A stretch of 64,000 nt of DNA from NCBI GenBank assembly GCA_963849325.1, contig CAWKHF010000001.1, positions 537,210-601,209 of the forward strand, written 5' to 3'. Source of the stretch: an uncultured Planctomycetota bacterium (lineage in GTDB: Bacteria; Planctomycetota; Planctomycetia; Gemmatales; Gemmataceae). How positions within the stretch are numbered: position 1 is the first letter of the stretch; each line of letters begins with the position of its first letter. The translations under genes and the position numbers were made by a program. The notes under the pieces were generated by a model. The model ran no database searches. It was not told the DNA's origin and saw only the letters and a list, made by a program, of their open reading frames with translations. Positions 40,428 to 54,754 of the stretch are shown here, in pieces.

Positions 40428-41942
40428 TTAGTGCCGTGCGAACAGATCCGTGAGCAGATCATAGTAAAACGCTTCCGCCAGCGGGACGGTCAAGGATGGG
40501 TTGCTGGAGATGACGGACTCGACGTTCCGCAGACCCAGGAAGAAGAGGGAGGCGTTGCCCGACTTCCAACCTTGCACCACGAGCAGCGCATCCTGCGTCA
40601 TCTCATCGAAGGGATTCGGCGGCGCCGGCGAACTCGGCTGCGGTTGCGGACTGGCCGGCGGGCTGGGAGATGGACTCGGCGACGTGGATGGCGGGCCGCT
40701 GACGAGCGCGGACTGCGCCAAGGCCGCCGCCACGCGATCGGCATAGGGACTACCGCGTCCGGTAACGAGGTCGTAACCGGACCCGGCGGCGTAGCTGGGA
40801 CTGCCGTTGCTGCTGCCGGCGGTGATGTCGTGAAAGTCGGACGCCGGCAGAGCGTACAGGTCGGGCAAGAGCTGGGAAGGTCCGTCCAGGGCACCCAGGC
40901 CATTGAGAGCACGTCCCTGGTCGGCGATGGCAACCAGGGCGGCCCACTGCGGCGCGCCGGCGCTGGTGCCGCCAACCTGTTGCCACGGCGCCGAGGCGGA
41001 GTTGCTGTAGCTGTTGTAGACCGCGATGCCGGTGCTCGGGTCGGCATCGTAGGCCACGTCGGGACTGCCGCGTTGGGTAGTGCTCTGCGCGACCACGCCT
41101 TTCTGATAGGCCGGCTGCGCCTCGTCGGCGCTGAGGCCGCCGGTGCTGCCCGACCAGGCGGACTCGCTGCCGTAGCTCGAGCCATTCAGGTACAGGCTGG
41201 TGCCGCCAACGGCGAGCACGTTGGGCGAGGCGGCCGGATAGGAGGCCGGAGCGCCGCTGTCGCCGGAGGAGGCGACGAAGGCCACCCCCGAATGCCCGGC
41301 CGGCGTCGTGAAGACGTTGTCATAGCCGGTCTCCGACGCGAACTCGCCGCCGCCCCAGCTCATCGACACCACCGACACGCCCGGCTGGCCGGCGGCGAAG
41401 CGGATCGCCTGGAACAGGTCGGCATCGGTGTTGCTGCTGGCCTCGACCAGCAGAATGTTGGCGCCGGGAGCCAAGGCGTGCGCCCACTCCACGTCCAGGG
41501 CGATCTCGGTGGCCCAGCCGGCGTTGGCCGCCGGCAGCGTACTGCCGCCGCTCTGGTTGACCTTGGTCAAGATGGTATCGGGCAGGCCGAAAGCCTGGTC
41601 GAACTGGTGCAGGTCGGAGGCGATGTTCGGATCGTCGTAGGCATCGACGATGGCGATGGTCTGACCCGAGCCATCGCCCTTGATGCCGTCGAAGCGGATT
41701 TGGTTGAAGCCGTAAGCCTGGCTGACCTGGGCGGGCGTGTACCCGGTAGGCGCGGCGGTGGACAGCGGCGCGGCGCCGTTGACCTGGTCCAGGACGTAGA
41801 ACGGGCTGAACGTCGTCAGGAGGTCTCGGCGTTCCAGACTTTCGACCGTGAGGAGGGTGCGCCTCGAATCGACCGGCCGCTCGCGGCGCGGCAGGGCGCG
41901 GGCATTCCTCTGTCGCCATCGACGCCAAAGGGTGCGCAACAT
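40428..41942 (-). CDS. S53 (sedolisin-type) peptidase with planctomycete export motif
   Basis: VESLERRDLL motif; EIALDVEW, SMSWG, SSGDSG, GGTSAGAPQWA, GYDLVTGRGSP. Confidence 0.9.
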   Translation of the reverse strand: MLRTLWRRWRQRNARALPRRERPVDSRRTLLTVESLERRDLLTTFSPFYVLDQVNGAAPLSTAAPTGYTPAQVSQAYGFNQIRFDGIKGDGSGQTIAIVDAYDDPNIASDLHQFDQAFGLPDTILTKVNQSGGSTLPAANAGWATEIALDVEWAHALAPGANILLVEASSNTDADLFQAIRFAAGQPGVSVVSMSWGGGEFASETGYDNVFTTPAGHSGVAFVASSGDSGAPASYPAASPNVLAVGGTSLYLNGSSYGSESAWSGSTGGLSADEAQPAYQKGVVAQSTTQRGSPDVAYDADPSTGIAVYNSYSNSASAPWQQVGGTSAGAPQWAALVAIADQGRALNGLGALDGPSQLLPDLYALPASDFHDITAGSSNGSPSYAAGSGYDLVTGRGSPYADRVAAALAQSALVSGPPSTSPSPSPSPPASPQPQPSSPAPPNPFDEMTQDALLVVQGWKSGNASLFFLGLRNVESVISSNPSLTVPLAEAFYYDLLTDLFARH

Positions 41943-42278
41943 GGATGAAGGCTCTCCGAAAAAGAGCACGGAAAAGCGACGGCCTCTCGTCGAACCGCAT
42001 CGAGGCGCGGAACGTCCCCGACCGGCGCGAGCCTGCGAAAAAGCAAGCGCGTCCGAGAGCCGATGGCCGAGAAGGATTCGGCGAAAGAATTCTCCGTGTG
42101 CGTTCGAGGAGTGAGAGAATGGCGCTGGAAGGGATCGCCTCACTCCGAGGCCATTCTTAGGGCGGACCGGAACGGGCGTCAAGATATTGAAATCAAAATA
42201 ATTTCAAATGCTGAAGTATTCGGGATTTGGGACCAGGTAGGGAGAAGCTGCTATCCTCCGCGTGCCTCGGGGAGTAAC

Positions 42279-43658
42279 ATGGCGGCAGCGCCGAGCCGTG
42301 AGTACGTCTCGTTTCCCCGGACGAGGATCGCGTCCATGACCCGTGCAACTGCGTCGCGCCGGCATTTGCTGTTACCGTGGACCGTGCAGGAGCGGGAAGA
42401 CCCGGTCCTCGAATTCGAGCGCGGCGAAGGAGTGTACTTCTTCGACCGCCAGGGGCACCGCTACCTGGATTTCCTGTCGCAGCTGTTCAACTGCAACCTC
42501 GGCCACGGCAATCGCCGGGTGATCGAGGCGATCGGACGGCAGGCGGAGCGGGCCTGCTGCGTGACGCCGCAATTCCTGACGCCGGAGCGATCCGACCTCG
42601 GCACCGCCCTGGCACGGCGAACGCCGGGAGATTTGAACGTCTGTTATTTCGTCAACAGCGGCAGCGAGGCCGACGATCAGGCGTTCATCCTGCGCGGCTG
42701 TTCACCGGCCGGCCGAAAATCTTCGCCAAGTACCGCAGTTACCACGGCACGACGCTGGGCGGCCTGGGCGTCGGCGGCGATCCGCGCCGGTCGGCGGTCG
42801 AGCCGGGACCGCCCGGCACCGTGCGCTTCTTCGACCCGTACTGCTACCGCTGCGATTTCGGCAAGGAGTTCCCCTCCTGCGGCATCCACTGCCTGGACGC
42901 CCTGGAGAGGCAGTTGCAGTTGGAGAACCCGGCGACGGTGGCGGCGGTGGTCGTCGAGCCGGTGACGGGAGCGGCCGGCGGTTTCCCCCTGCCGCCGGGC
43001 TACCTGACCCGGCTGCGCGCTGTGCGATCAGTACGGCATCCTCCTGATCGCCGACGAGGTCATCACGGGCTTCGGCCGAACCGGAGCGTGGTTCGGGGTC
43101 GATCATGAGGGCGTGGTGCCGGACATACTGGTGCTGGCCAAGGGGCTGACGTCGGGATACGTGCCGATGGGCGCCGTCGTGGTGCGCCAGCCGATCGCCA
43201 ACCATTTCGAGAAGCGGATGCTGCCGTTGGGCAGCACGTACACGGCGCACCCGCTGGCCTGTGCGGCGGCGTTGGCCTGCCTGGCGGAGTACGACGAAGG
43301 CGGACTGATCGAGAACGCCCGCCGCATGGGCGAGCGTTTGCTGTCGGCGTTGCGCGAGCTGGCCGAGCGTCATCCGTGCGTGGGCGACGTGCGCGGCCAG
43401 GGTTTGCTCGCCTGCCTGGAGCTGGTGCGCGATCGGGCCGCGAAGACGCCGCTGGTGCCGCCGAACGTGGATTCACTCCTGCCCTTGCAGATACGGCGCC
43501 GTGCCTGGGAGGAAGGATTGCACCTGTTGGCCCGCGGCAATTTGCTGCTGCTGGCGCCGCCGCTCATCCTCCGCGAGGAGCACCTTGTCGAGGGCGTGGC
43601 GAAACTGGATCGCCTTCTGACGTGGGTGGAGGAGAACGCCGGCCTCCTCCGAGCCTGA
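42279..43658 (+). CDS. Class III (PLP) aminotransferase (frameshifts near 42690 and 43018)
   Basis: YLDFLSQL, NSGSEA, SYHGTT, DEVITGFGRTG, DILVLAKGLTSGY, GDVRGQGL. Confidence 0.92.
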
Positions 43659-43710
43659 AGCGTAAGCGAAGAGTGCCGTTTCTTCGCTTACGCTTCAGGC
43701 TCGGAGGAGG
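43643..43710. repeat. Family D palindrome; supplies the aminotransferase stop codon
   Basis: cctcctccgagccTGAagcgtaagcgaaga...tcttcgcttacgcttcaggctcggaggagg. Confidence 0.9.
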
Positions 43711-43716
43711 TTTGGC

Positions 43717-45004
43717 TCAGATCACCGTGCCGTCGGGGACCACGGCGCCGTTGGGAATGACCACGATGCCGTCGCGGATGACGTAGTTGTCGCCGTCGGC
43801 GTGCTGCACGTTACGGAGGTTGACGATCTGCACGCCGGCGCCGATGCGGCAATCCCGATCGAGAATGGCCCGCTCGATGACCGCGTTGTCGCCGACGCCG
43901 AGGTCGGGCAGGCCGCGCTGGCGGTTGAGCAGTCGTTCGCGCTCCAACTCGATGCGGTCGGCGCCGTTGACGACCGTGTCGCGCAGGGTGACGTGCCGGC
44001 CGAGACAGGTGCGGACGCCGATGACACAGCGTTCCAGGCGTGGCGCCGGTCCCGATCCGGCAACCGTCGCTGATGAGGCACTGCTCCAGGTGGGCCGCGT
44101 GGACTTGCGAGGCCGGCAGGTTGCGCCGGCGTGTGTAGATGACGCCTTCGGGACTGTGGAAGTCGAACGGCGGCGTCGGGCCGGCCAGAGCGAGGTTGGC
44201 CTCGTGATAGGACTTGATGCTGCCCAGATCCTCCCAGTAGCCGTGAAACAGAAACGACTCGATGACGTGGCTGCGCAGGCTGCGCGCGAGAATCTCCGTC
44301 ACCAGGTCGATGGCTTGCGGCTGCGCATCGAGCAGATCGAACAGCGCCTGCCGATCGAACACGTAGATGCCCATGTTGGCCAGGTAATCCTGCCCCCGGC
44401 CGGCCAGGCTGCGGCGCTCCAGCCAGGCCGACGGAGCGCGCAGGCCGTCGAGCTGCTCGGCGGTACTCGGCTTCTCCACCAGGTCGAGGATGCGGTTGTG
44501 CTCGTCGAGGCGGACGATACCCAGGCGCGTCGCTTGATGGCGATGCACCGGCAGCACGGCGATGGTGACGGCGGCGCGGCGGTTGCGGTGGGTCTGGATC
44601 AGCTCGCGGAAATCCATGCGATAGAGCTGGTCGGCCGACAGGATGAGCACCTGGGAGGCGCGATCGCTTTGCAGGTAAGACAAGTTCTGGCGGATGGCGT
44701 CGGCGGTGCCGCGATACCAGTCGGCGGTCTCATTGGTCTGCTGGGCGGCGAGCACCTCGACGAAGCCGTCGGTGAAGGGGTCGAACTTGTAGGTGTTGGC
44801 GATGTGGCGGTGCAGGCTGACGCTGAGAAACTGCGTCAGGACGTAGAGGCGTTTCAGTCCGCTGTTGATGCAGTTGCTCAGCGGGATGTCGATGAGGCGG
44901 TATTTGCCGGCGATGGGCACGGCCGGCTCGCTGCGGTGCTTGGTCAAAGGATAGAGGGGAGCGCCGCGGCCCCCGCCGAGAATCAGGCTGAGAACATCGT
45001 GCAT
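43717..45004 (-). CDS. glgC: ADP-glucose pyrophosphorylase-family protein with altered catalytic motif (frameshift near 44045)
   Basis: PAVPIAGKYRLIDIPLSNC, WYRGTADA, DQLYRMD, EKP, YWEDLG, IRDGIVVIP. Confidence 0.88.
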
Positions 45005-45161
45005 GACGATCGCTCCTCTGCTCCCCTTCTCCTGTATCGCACCGATTCGCGCGGTCGGCAAGAGAAATCGGCCGGATGGATCAGCCGTCCTCGACGATTG
45101 ACTTTGCCGTCCCATCTGGAATCATGGGAGCGAGGGGCCCTCGGCAAAGGGAGAATACCGC

Positions 45162-45692
45162 ATGGCACGCATCCGGCCGCTGGAGTACGAGCGGGCCGAA
45201 GCCGCCGCCCGCGTCGAACTCGATCGTCAGCTCGCCGCCCACGGGCGCGTGACGAACATGAAACGCACGCTCGCCCACGCGCCGGCGGCCCTGCACGCAC
45301 TCATGCAGTGGTATCCGCTCCGCGAGACGGTGCTGCCGTTTCTGGGCGAACGGCTGACGACGCTGTTCGCTCACGCCGTCTCGACGCAGGCCGATTGCCT
45401 GATCTGCTCGACGTTCTTTCGGCGTCTGCTCCTGGAGTCGGGCGAAAACCCGGATGGGCTGACGCTGGACGAACGCGAACAGGCCGTGGTGGACTATGGC
45501 CGGCAGCTGGCGCGCGATGCCAACAACGTCTCCGATGAATTGTACGATCGAGTGGCGCGCTACCTGCAACCGGAGCAGATGGTCGCGCTGACGGCCTTCG
45601 GCGGGTTGATGATCGCCACCAATGTCGTCAACAACGCCCTGCGCGTGGATCTCGACGAGTATCTGCAACCGTTCCGCAAAAAACCCGTTTAG
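45162..45692 (+). CDS. Carboxymuconolactone decarboxylase/AhpD-like protein
   Basis: NMKRTLAHAP, VSTQADCLIC (CxxC), NVVNNALRVDLD. Confidence 0.8.
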   Translation: MARIRPLEYERAEAAARVELDRQLAAHGRVTNMKRTLAHAPAALHALMQWYPLRETVLPFLGERLTTLFAHAVSTQADCLICSTFFRRLLLESGENPDGLTLDEREQAVVDYGRQLARDANNVSDELYDRVARYLQPEQMVALTAFGGLMIATNVVNNALRVDLDEYLQPFRKKPV

Positions 45693-45743
45693 CCGCGACG
45701 CGCAGCGGAGCGCGATGCGCTCCGCTGCGCGTCGCGGCTAAAC
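45687..45743. repeat. Family A REPIN-like palindrome; supplies the AhpD-like gene stop codon
   Basis: Gene ends ...AAA CCC GTT TAG in the left arm. Confidence 0.9.
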
Positions 45744-45765
45744 GAAGAGCATGGGCAGGCAGCGC

Positions 45766-46572
45766 ATGACGAACGAACGGACAGGCCGAGTCGCCCTCAT
45801 TACCGGCGCTGCTCACGGGCAGGGTCGCGCTTCGGCCCTGGCGCTGGCCCGCGAGGGCGTTCACATCGCGGCGCTGGACGTGGCCCGTCCCCTGCGCTAT
45901 CCGGGCTACGCGCTCGGCTCACCGCAGGCGCTGGATACCCTGGCCGAAGAGTGCCGCCGACTCGGCGTCGAGTGTCTGACGTTCGCCGCTGACGTGCGCG
46001 ATGACACCGCGGTGACAGCGGCCGTGGACGAGACCGTCTCCCGCCTGGGCCGGATCGATATCCTCTTCAACAACGCCGGCATCTGTGCCTACGGCCTGGC
46101 CCACGAACTGACCGAGGAGGCGTGGGACGCCATGCTCGACATCAACCTCAAGGGGGCATGGCTGGTGGCGCGGCGCGTCATCCCGCACCTGATCGCGCGC
46201 AAGGCGGGAGTCATCATCAACAACTCGTCGATCGCCGGCCTGCGCGGCATGGCCCGGCTGAGTCATTACGCCGCGTCCAAATGGGGGCTGGTCGGCTTGA
46301 CGAAATCGTGGGCCATTGAGCTGGCCCCGCACAACGTCCGTGTCGTGTCGCTGCACCCGACCGGCGTCAACACGCCGATGAACGACGGCCTGGCCGCGCT
46401 GGAGGGGGCGACGCCCGAGCAGATCGCCGAGCGCTCGGCCGGCAACCTGCTGCCGGTGCCGTGGATCGAGCCGGAAGACGTGGCGGCGGCCGTCGTGTAC
46501 CTGGCGTCCGACCAGGCGCGTTTCATCACCGGCTCGCAATTCGTCCTCGACGCCGGCCTGCTGACACGCTGA
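45766..46572 (+). CDS. SDR oxidoreductase resembling the carveol-dehydrogenase / mycofactocin-associated subfamily
   Basis: TGAAHGQGR, insertion DVARPLRYPGYALGS, NNAG, YAASK, HPTGVNTPM. Confidence 0.88.
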   Translation: MTNERTGRVALITGAAHGQGRASALALAREGVHIAALDVARPLRYPGYALGSPQALDTLAEECRRLGVECLTFAADVRDDTAVTAAVDETVSRLGRIDILFNNAGICAYGLAHELTEEAWDAMLDINLKGAWLVARRVIPHLIARKAGVIINNSSIAGLRGMARLSHYAASKWGLVGLTKSWAIELAPHNVRVVSLHPTGVNTPMNDGLAALEGATPEQIAERSAGNLLPVPWIEPEDVAAAVVYLASDQARFITGSQFVLDAGLLTR

Positions 46573-46602
46573 CATCTCATTGTCACCAAGGGAGACTCGG
46601 GG

Positions 46603-48945
46603 ATGTGCCGTTGTGTCCTTATCGGTTGCTGGATCGCCGCGCTGACAGCCCCGGGCATGGCCGCGGCGCACGCGGAGAGTTTGACGGCGGTGCCGTTCCA
46701 GGAGGTCCACGTCACCGACGCCTTCTGGGGACAGCGCATCCACATCAACCGCACGGCGACCATCGAAGCGAACCTGCGACAGTGCGAAATCACCGGGCGC
46801 ATCCGCAACTTCGCCGTGGCCGGCAAGCTGCAAGAGGGCAAGCACAAAGGTTTGCTGTTCGACGACTCCGATCTCTACAAGGTGATCGAGGGCATCGCCT
46901 ACACACTGAGCAGCCGGCGCGACGCCGAGCTGGAAAAGCGAACCGACGCCATCATCGACCAGATTGCCGCCGCCCAGCAGGCGGACGGGTATTTGAATAC
47001 CTATTACACGCTGGTCAAGCCGAACGAGCGCTGGAAGAACATCCAGTACGGCCACGAGCTGTACTGCGCCGGCCATCTCCTTGAGGCGGCGGTCGCTTAC
47101 CACCAGGCGACGGGCAAGCGCAAGCTGCTCGACGTGGCGATCAAGCTGGCCGACCACATCGACCGCACGTTCGGACCCGGCAAGAAGGTGGACACGTCGG
47201 GACACGAGGAGATTGAGTTGGCCCTGGTCAAGCTCTACCGGGCGACGAAAGAGGAGCGTTACTTGACGCTGGCGCGGTTCTTTCTCGACGTGCGTGGGCG
47301 AAAGGACAAGCGACGACTGTTCGGCGAGTATGCCCAGGACCACAAGCCGATCCGCGAACAGGCCGAGGTCGCCGGCCATGCCGTGCGGGCGATGTACCTC
47401 TACTGCGGCATGGCCGACGTGGCGGGCCTCAGCGGCGACAAGGAATTGCTCGACGCCATCACGCACATCTGGCACGACGTGGTCGATCGCAAGATGTACG
47501 TCACCGGCGGCATCGGGCCGTCGGCCAGCAACGAGGGCTTCACCGTGCCCTACGACCTGCCCAACGACTCGGCCTACGCCGAGACGTGCGCCGCCATCGG
47601 CATGGCCCTGTGGAACCATCGCATGTTCCTGATGAGCGGCGAGGGCAAGTACGCCGACGTCCTGGAGCGCGAGGTCTACAACGGCCTGCTGTCCGGCGTG
47701 TCGCGGAGCGGCGATCGCTTCTTCTACGTCAACCCGCTGGGCAGCGTCGGCCGGCATCACCGCGTCCCGTGGTTCGATTGCTCGTGCTGTCCGACCAACA
47801 TCGTCCGTTACGTTCCCGGCATGGGCGAGCGCGTCTGGGCCCACCGAGACAACGCGGTCTGGGCCGTCCTCTACATGGGCAACCGCGCCGCCATCCCGCT
47901 CAAGGACGGCAAGGTGCGCCTGACCGAGAAGACGCGCTATCCGTGGGACGGCGACGTCGAAATTCTCGTCGAGCCGGAGAAGAGCTTTGCTTTTGACGTG
48001 TACCTGCGGGTTCCGGGCTGGTGTCGATCCGAGCCGAGCCTGACCGTCAACGGCGAGAAAGTCGCGGTCAAGCCGGAGAAGGGCTACGTCCGCGTCGCGC
48101 GGACGTGGAAGACGGGCGATGTCATCCGCCTGTCACTGCCGATGCCGGTCGAGCGCGTCTACGCCGACCCGCACGTCCAGGCGGACGTCGGCCGGGTGGC
48201 GCTTCAGCGTGGGCCGGTGGTCTATTGCCTCGAAGGCGTGGACAACAACGGTAGCGTGCGCAACCTGTGTCTACCGAAGGAGGCGAAGCTGTCGGCGGAA
48301 TTCGAGAAAGACCTGCTCGGCGGCGTCGCGGTCATCAGGGGCGAAGCGTTGGCGGTAGCGCGGACGGAGGAGAAGCGGACGACGAAGGCCGTGGCGTTCC
48401 GGGCGGTGCCGTACTTCGCCTGGGACAACCGCAAGCCGGGACAGATGATCGTCTGGCTGGCGGAGACGCCCGAGCGCGCCGAGCTGCCGAACGAGGAGGG
48501 CGTGAACGTCAACGGCATGCATATCCGCGCTTCCCACCTCAACCCCACGGACACCCTGGAGACACTCAACGACGGCGCCGTACCGAAATCGTCGAAGGAC
48601 CACTCCATCCGGCGGATGACCTGGTGGGACCACCGAGGCGGCAGCGAATGGCTGTCGTATCGGACGGCGAAGCCGCGCACGCTCGGCGCGGCGGAGGTGT
48701 ACTGGTTCGACGATACGGGCATCGGGGCGTGCCGCGTGCCGGCCGAGTGGCGGCTGCTGTGGCGCGACGGCGAGCAGTGGAAGCCGGTCCCGCTGCTTGC
48801 GGGCCAACGATACGAGACGCGGCCGGATCAGTTCAACAAGGTGTCGTTCGAGCCGGTGATGACGCGGGAATTGCGGCTGGAAGTTAAGCTGCGACCGGAA
48901 TTTTCGGGCGGCGTACTGAAATGGCGCGTTCGGGAGGCGAAGTAA
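46603..48945 (+). CDS. GH127 beta-L-arabinofuranosidase-like glycoside hydrolase with C-terminal discoidin-like domain
   Basis: FDDSDLYK, HELYCAGH, GHEEIELAL, GHAVRAMY, YAETCA, CSCCPTN. Confidence 0.93.
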   Translation: MCRCVLIGCWIAALTAPGMAAAHAESLTAVPFQEVHVTDAFWGQRIHINRTATIEANLRQCEITGRIRNFAVAGKLQEGKHKGLLFDDSDLYKVIEGIAYTLSSRRDAELEKRTDAIIDQIAAAQQADGYLNTYYTLVKPNERWKNIQYGHELYCAGHLLEAAVAYHQATGKRKLLDVAIKLADHIDRTFGPGKKVDTSGHEEIELALVKLYRATKEERYLTLARFFLDVRGRKDKRRLFGEYAQDHKPIREQAEVAGHAVRAMYLYCGMADVAGLSGDKELLDAITHIWHDVVDRKMYVTGGIGPSASNEGFTVPYDLPNDSAYAETCAAIGMALWNHRMFLMSGEGKYADVLEREVYNGLLSGVSRSGDRFFYVNPLGSVGRHHRVPWFDCSCCPTNIVRYVPGMGERVWAHRDNAVWAVLYMGNRAAIPLKDGKVRLTEKTRYPWDGDVEILVEPEKSFAFDVYLRVPGWCRSEPSLTVNGEKVAVKPEKGYVRVARTWKTGDVIRLSLPMPVERVYADPHVQADVGRVALQRGPVVYCLEGVDNNGSVRNLCLPKEAKLSAEFEKDLLGGVAVIRGEALAVARTEEKRTTKAVAFRAVPYFAWDNRKPGQMIVWLAETPERAELPNEEGVNVNGMHIRASHLNPTDTLETLNDGAVPKSSKDHSIRRMTWWDHRGGSEWLSYRTAKPRTLGAAEVYWFDDTGIGACRVPAEWRLLWRDGEQWKPVPLLAGQRYETRPDQFNKVSFEPVMTRELRLEVKLRPEFSGGVLKWRVREAK

Positions 48946-48969
48946 GGACTGATCTAACCCCTCCATTTC

Positions 48970-49034
48970 GTTTAGCCGCGACGCGCAGCGGAGCGCGATG
49001 CAGACCCGCGCTCCGCTGCGCGTCGCGGCTAAAC
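48970..49034. repeat. Family A REPIN-like palindrome
   Basis: Full inverted pair downstream of GH127. Confidence 0.9.
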
Positions 49035-49135
49035 GGAGGACTTGATTTTGGTTAGACCTTTGCTCCCACCTGAAAGGCAAGCTAGGATTGCGACATACCC
49101 TGACCAGTGGGTTCGCCCTTCGCAATGGGTCGTTC

Positions 49136-50350
49136 ATGATAAGCCAGCCGCAGACGCCCTCGCTGCCGACCGCCGTGGCGGCGGAACGAACCTTCTTGCA
49201 AATCCCCAGCCAGCCGGAGTGGATCGCGCCGACCGTCGAGTACCTCAAGGAAAAGGCCCTCCTGTGCGGAGCGTGCGACGAAGCGCGGGCCAGCAAGCTC
49301 ACCCTCGCCCTGCACGAGGCGCTGACCAACTCCATTATCCACGGCAACCTGGAGCTGTCTTCCGACCTCAAGGAACGATCCGACAACGCTTTCGCCGAGG
49401 CGCTGGCGGCGCGATCCGTCGATCCGCGCTACGGCAATCGGCCGGTCGAAGTCTGTATCGATTACGACGGCGAACGCTGCCACTGGACGTTCACCGATCA
49501 GGGTCCGGGCTTCGACGTGGAGCGCGCCCTGGCGCGAGCGGAACACCCCGACCCGGAGACGATGCTCGCCAGCGGCCGGGGCCTTGTCCTGATGCGGGCG
49601 CTGCTCGATGACGTGCGTTACGAGGCGGGTGGACGGCGCGTCGTGCTCACCATGATGCGGCCCTCGGGCGAGGAGAGGCGGCGCGAGGCGCGTTTGCCGG
49701 TACAACGGCCGGTTCGCGTCGCGCCGGTGCGGACCGACGGCACGGTGGACTGGGAGGCGGCCTACGAGGGCGTCTCGCAGAACCTGTCCCACGACGGCAT
49801 GGCCATCTTGCAGGCGCGCCTGGCCAGCAGCGACCGCATCCTCATCGGCATCGACTGGGAGGGACAAATGCTGTACGTCCCCGCCGAGGTGCGGCATTGT
49901 CAGTCGGGCAACGGCGAGGTGGTCGAACTGGGCTGCCGCTTCCAGGTCTCGTCCGTCGCCGCGGCGCGGTCGGCGACAACAACGGGACACGTCGATCGGG
50001 CCATCAGCGCGATGATGGAGCAGTTGAATTGCCCGAGCGTGCCTCACGATGAGCGGCGGGCGCATCCACGGGCCGCGTACACCGCGCGCATCCTCATCCG
50101 GACCCGAGCGGACAGCGAGCCGGTCGTCGGCTTTGGCCGCGATCTGTCCAAGGGCGGCATCGCCTTCCTGACGAGCACGCCGTTGCCGCGCGAGAACGTG
50201 ATGGTGTCCTTGCCCCAGCGCGATCGGACGGCGCTGTGCATGGTGGCGCGAATCATCCGCTGCAACCAGCTCCTGGCGGGCATCTACGACGTGGCGGCGC
50301 GATTCCTGGACGTGGCGGATCACGACGAGATACCGAGCCGCGACCGTTAG
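49136..50350 (+). CDS. RsbW-like HATPase fused to two PilZ domains
   Basis: HEALTNSIIHGN, DQGPGFD, SGRGLVLM; RRREAR/NLSHDG; RRAHPR/DLSKGG. Confidence 0.85.
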   Translation: MISQPQTPSLPTAVAAERTFLQIPSQPEWIAPTVEYLKEKALLCGACDEARASKLTLALHEALTNSIIHGNLELSSDLKERSDNAFAEALAARSVDPRYGNRPVEVCIDYDGERCHWTFTDQGPGFDVERALARAEHPDPETMLASGRGLVLMRALLDDVRYEAGGRRVVLTMMRPSGEERRREARLPVQRPVRVAPVRTDGTVDWEAAYEGVSQNLSHDGMAILQARLASSDRILIGIDWEGQMLYVPAEVRHCQSGNGEVVELGCRFQVSSVAAARSATTTGHVDRAISAMMEQLNCPSVPHDERRAHPRAAYTARILIRTRADSEPVVGFGRDLSKGGIAFLTSTPLPRENVMVSLPQRDRTALCMVARIIRCNQLLAGIYDVAARFLDVADHDEIPSRDR

Positions 50351-50390
50351 GGAGCGAGGCTCCCCCCGCTCCCTAACGGTCGCGGCTCGG
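50333..50390. repeat. Family E palindrome (GAGCCGCGACCGTTAGGGAGCG); supplies the stop codon of the HATPase-PilZ gene
   Basis: ccgagccgcgaccgtTAGggagcg...cgctccctaacggtcgcggctcgg. Confidence 0.9.
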
Positions 50391-50391
50391 C

Positions 50392-54516
<4,125 letters not shown>

Positions 54517-54754
54517 GTCGCGCTCCTCGCCGGGTGCCTGGGGACTACCGTTCATTTTGGCCCGGCGGGGAGCATGGTCAAGGCAAGCTCCCTTGCTCCG
54601 GGGGAGAAGAACAGACGGAACCGGACAATCGGCGGGAATTTGCTTGGCTCCCGGTACACTCCGGGGTAAACTTCATTCCGCCTTCCTCACCCCGGCCGAA
54701 CCGCGGGGGTTCCCGGCCGGCGGCTACCGTCCCACCTGCAACTGGAGGTTGTCC

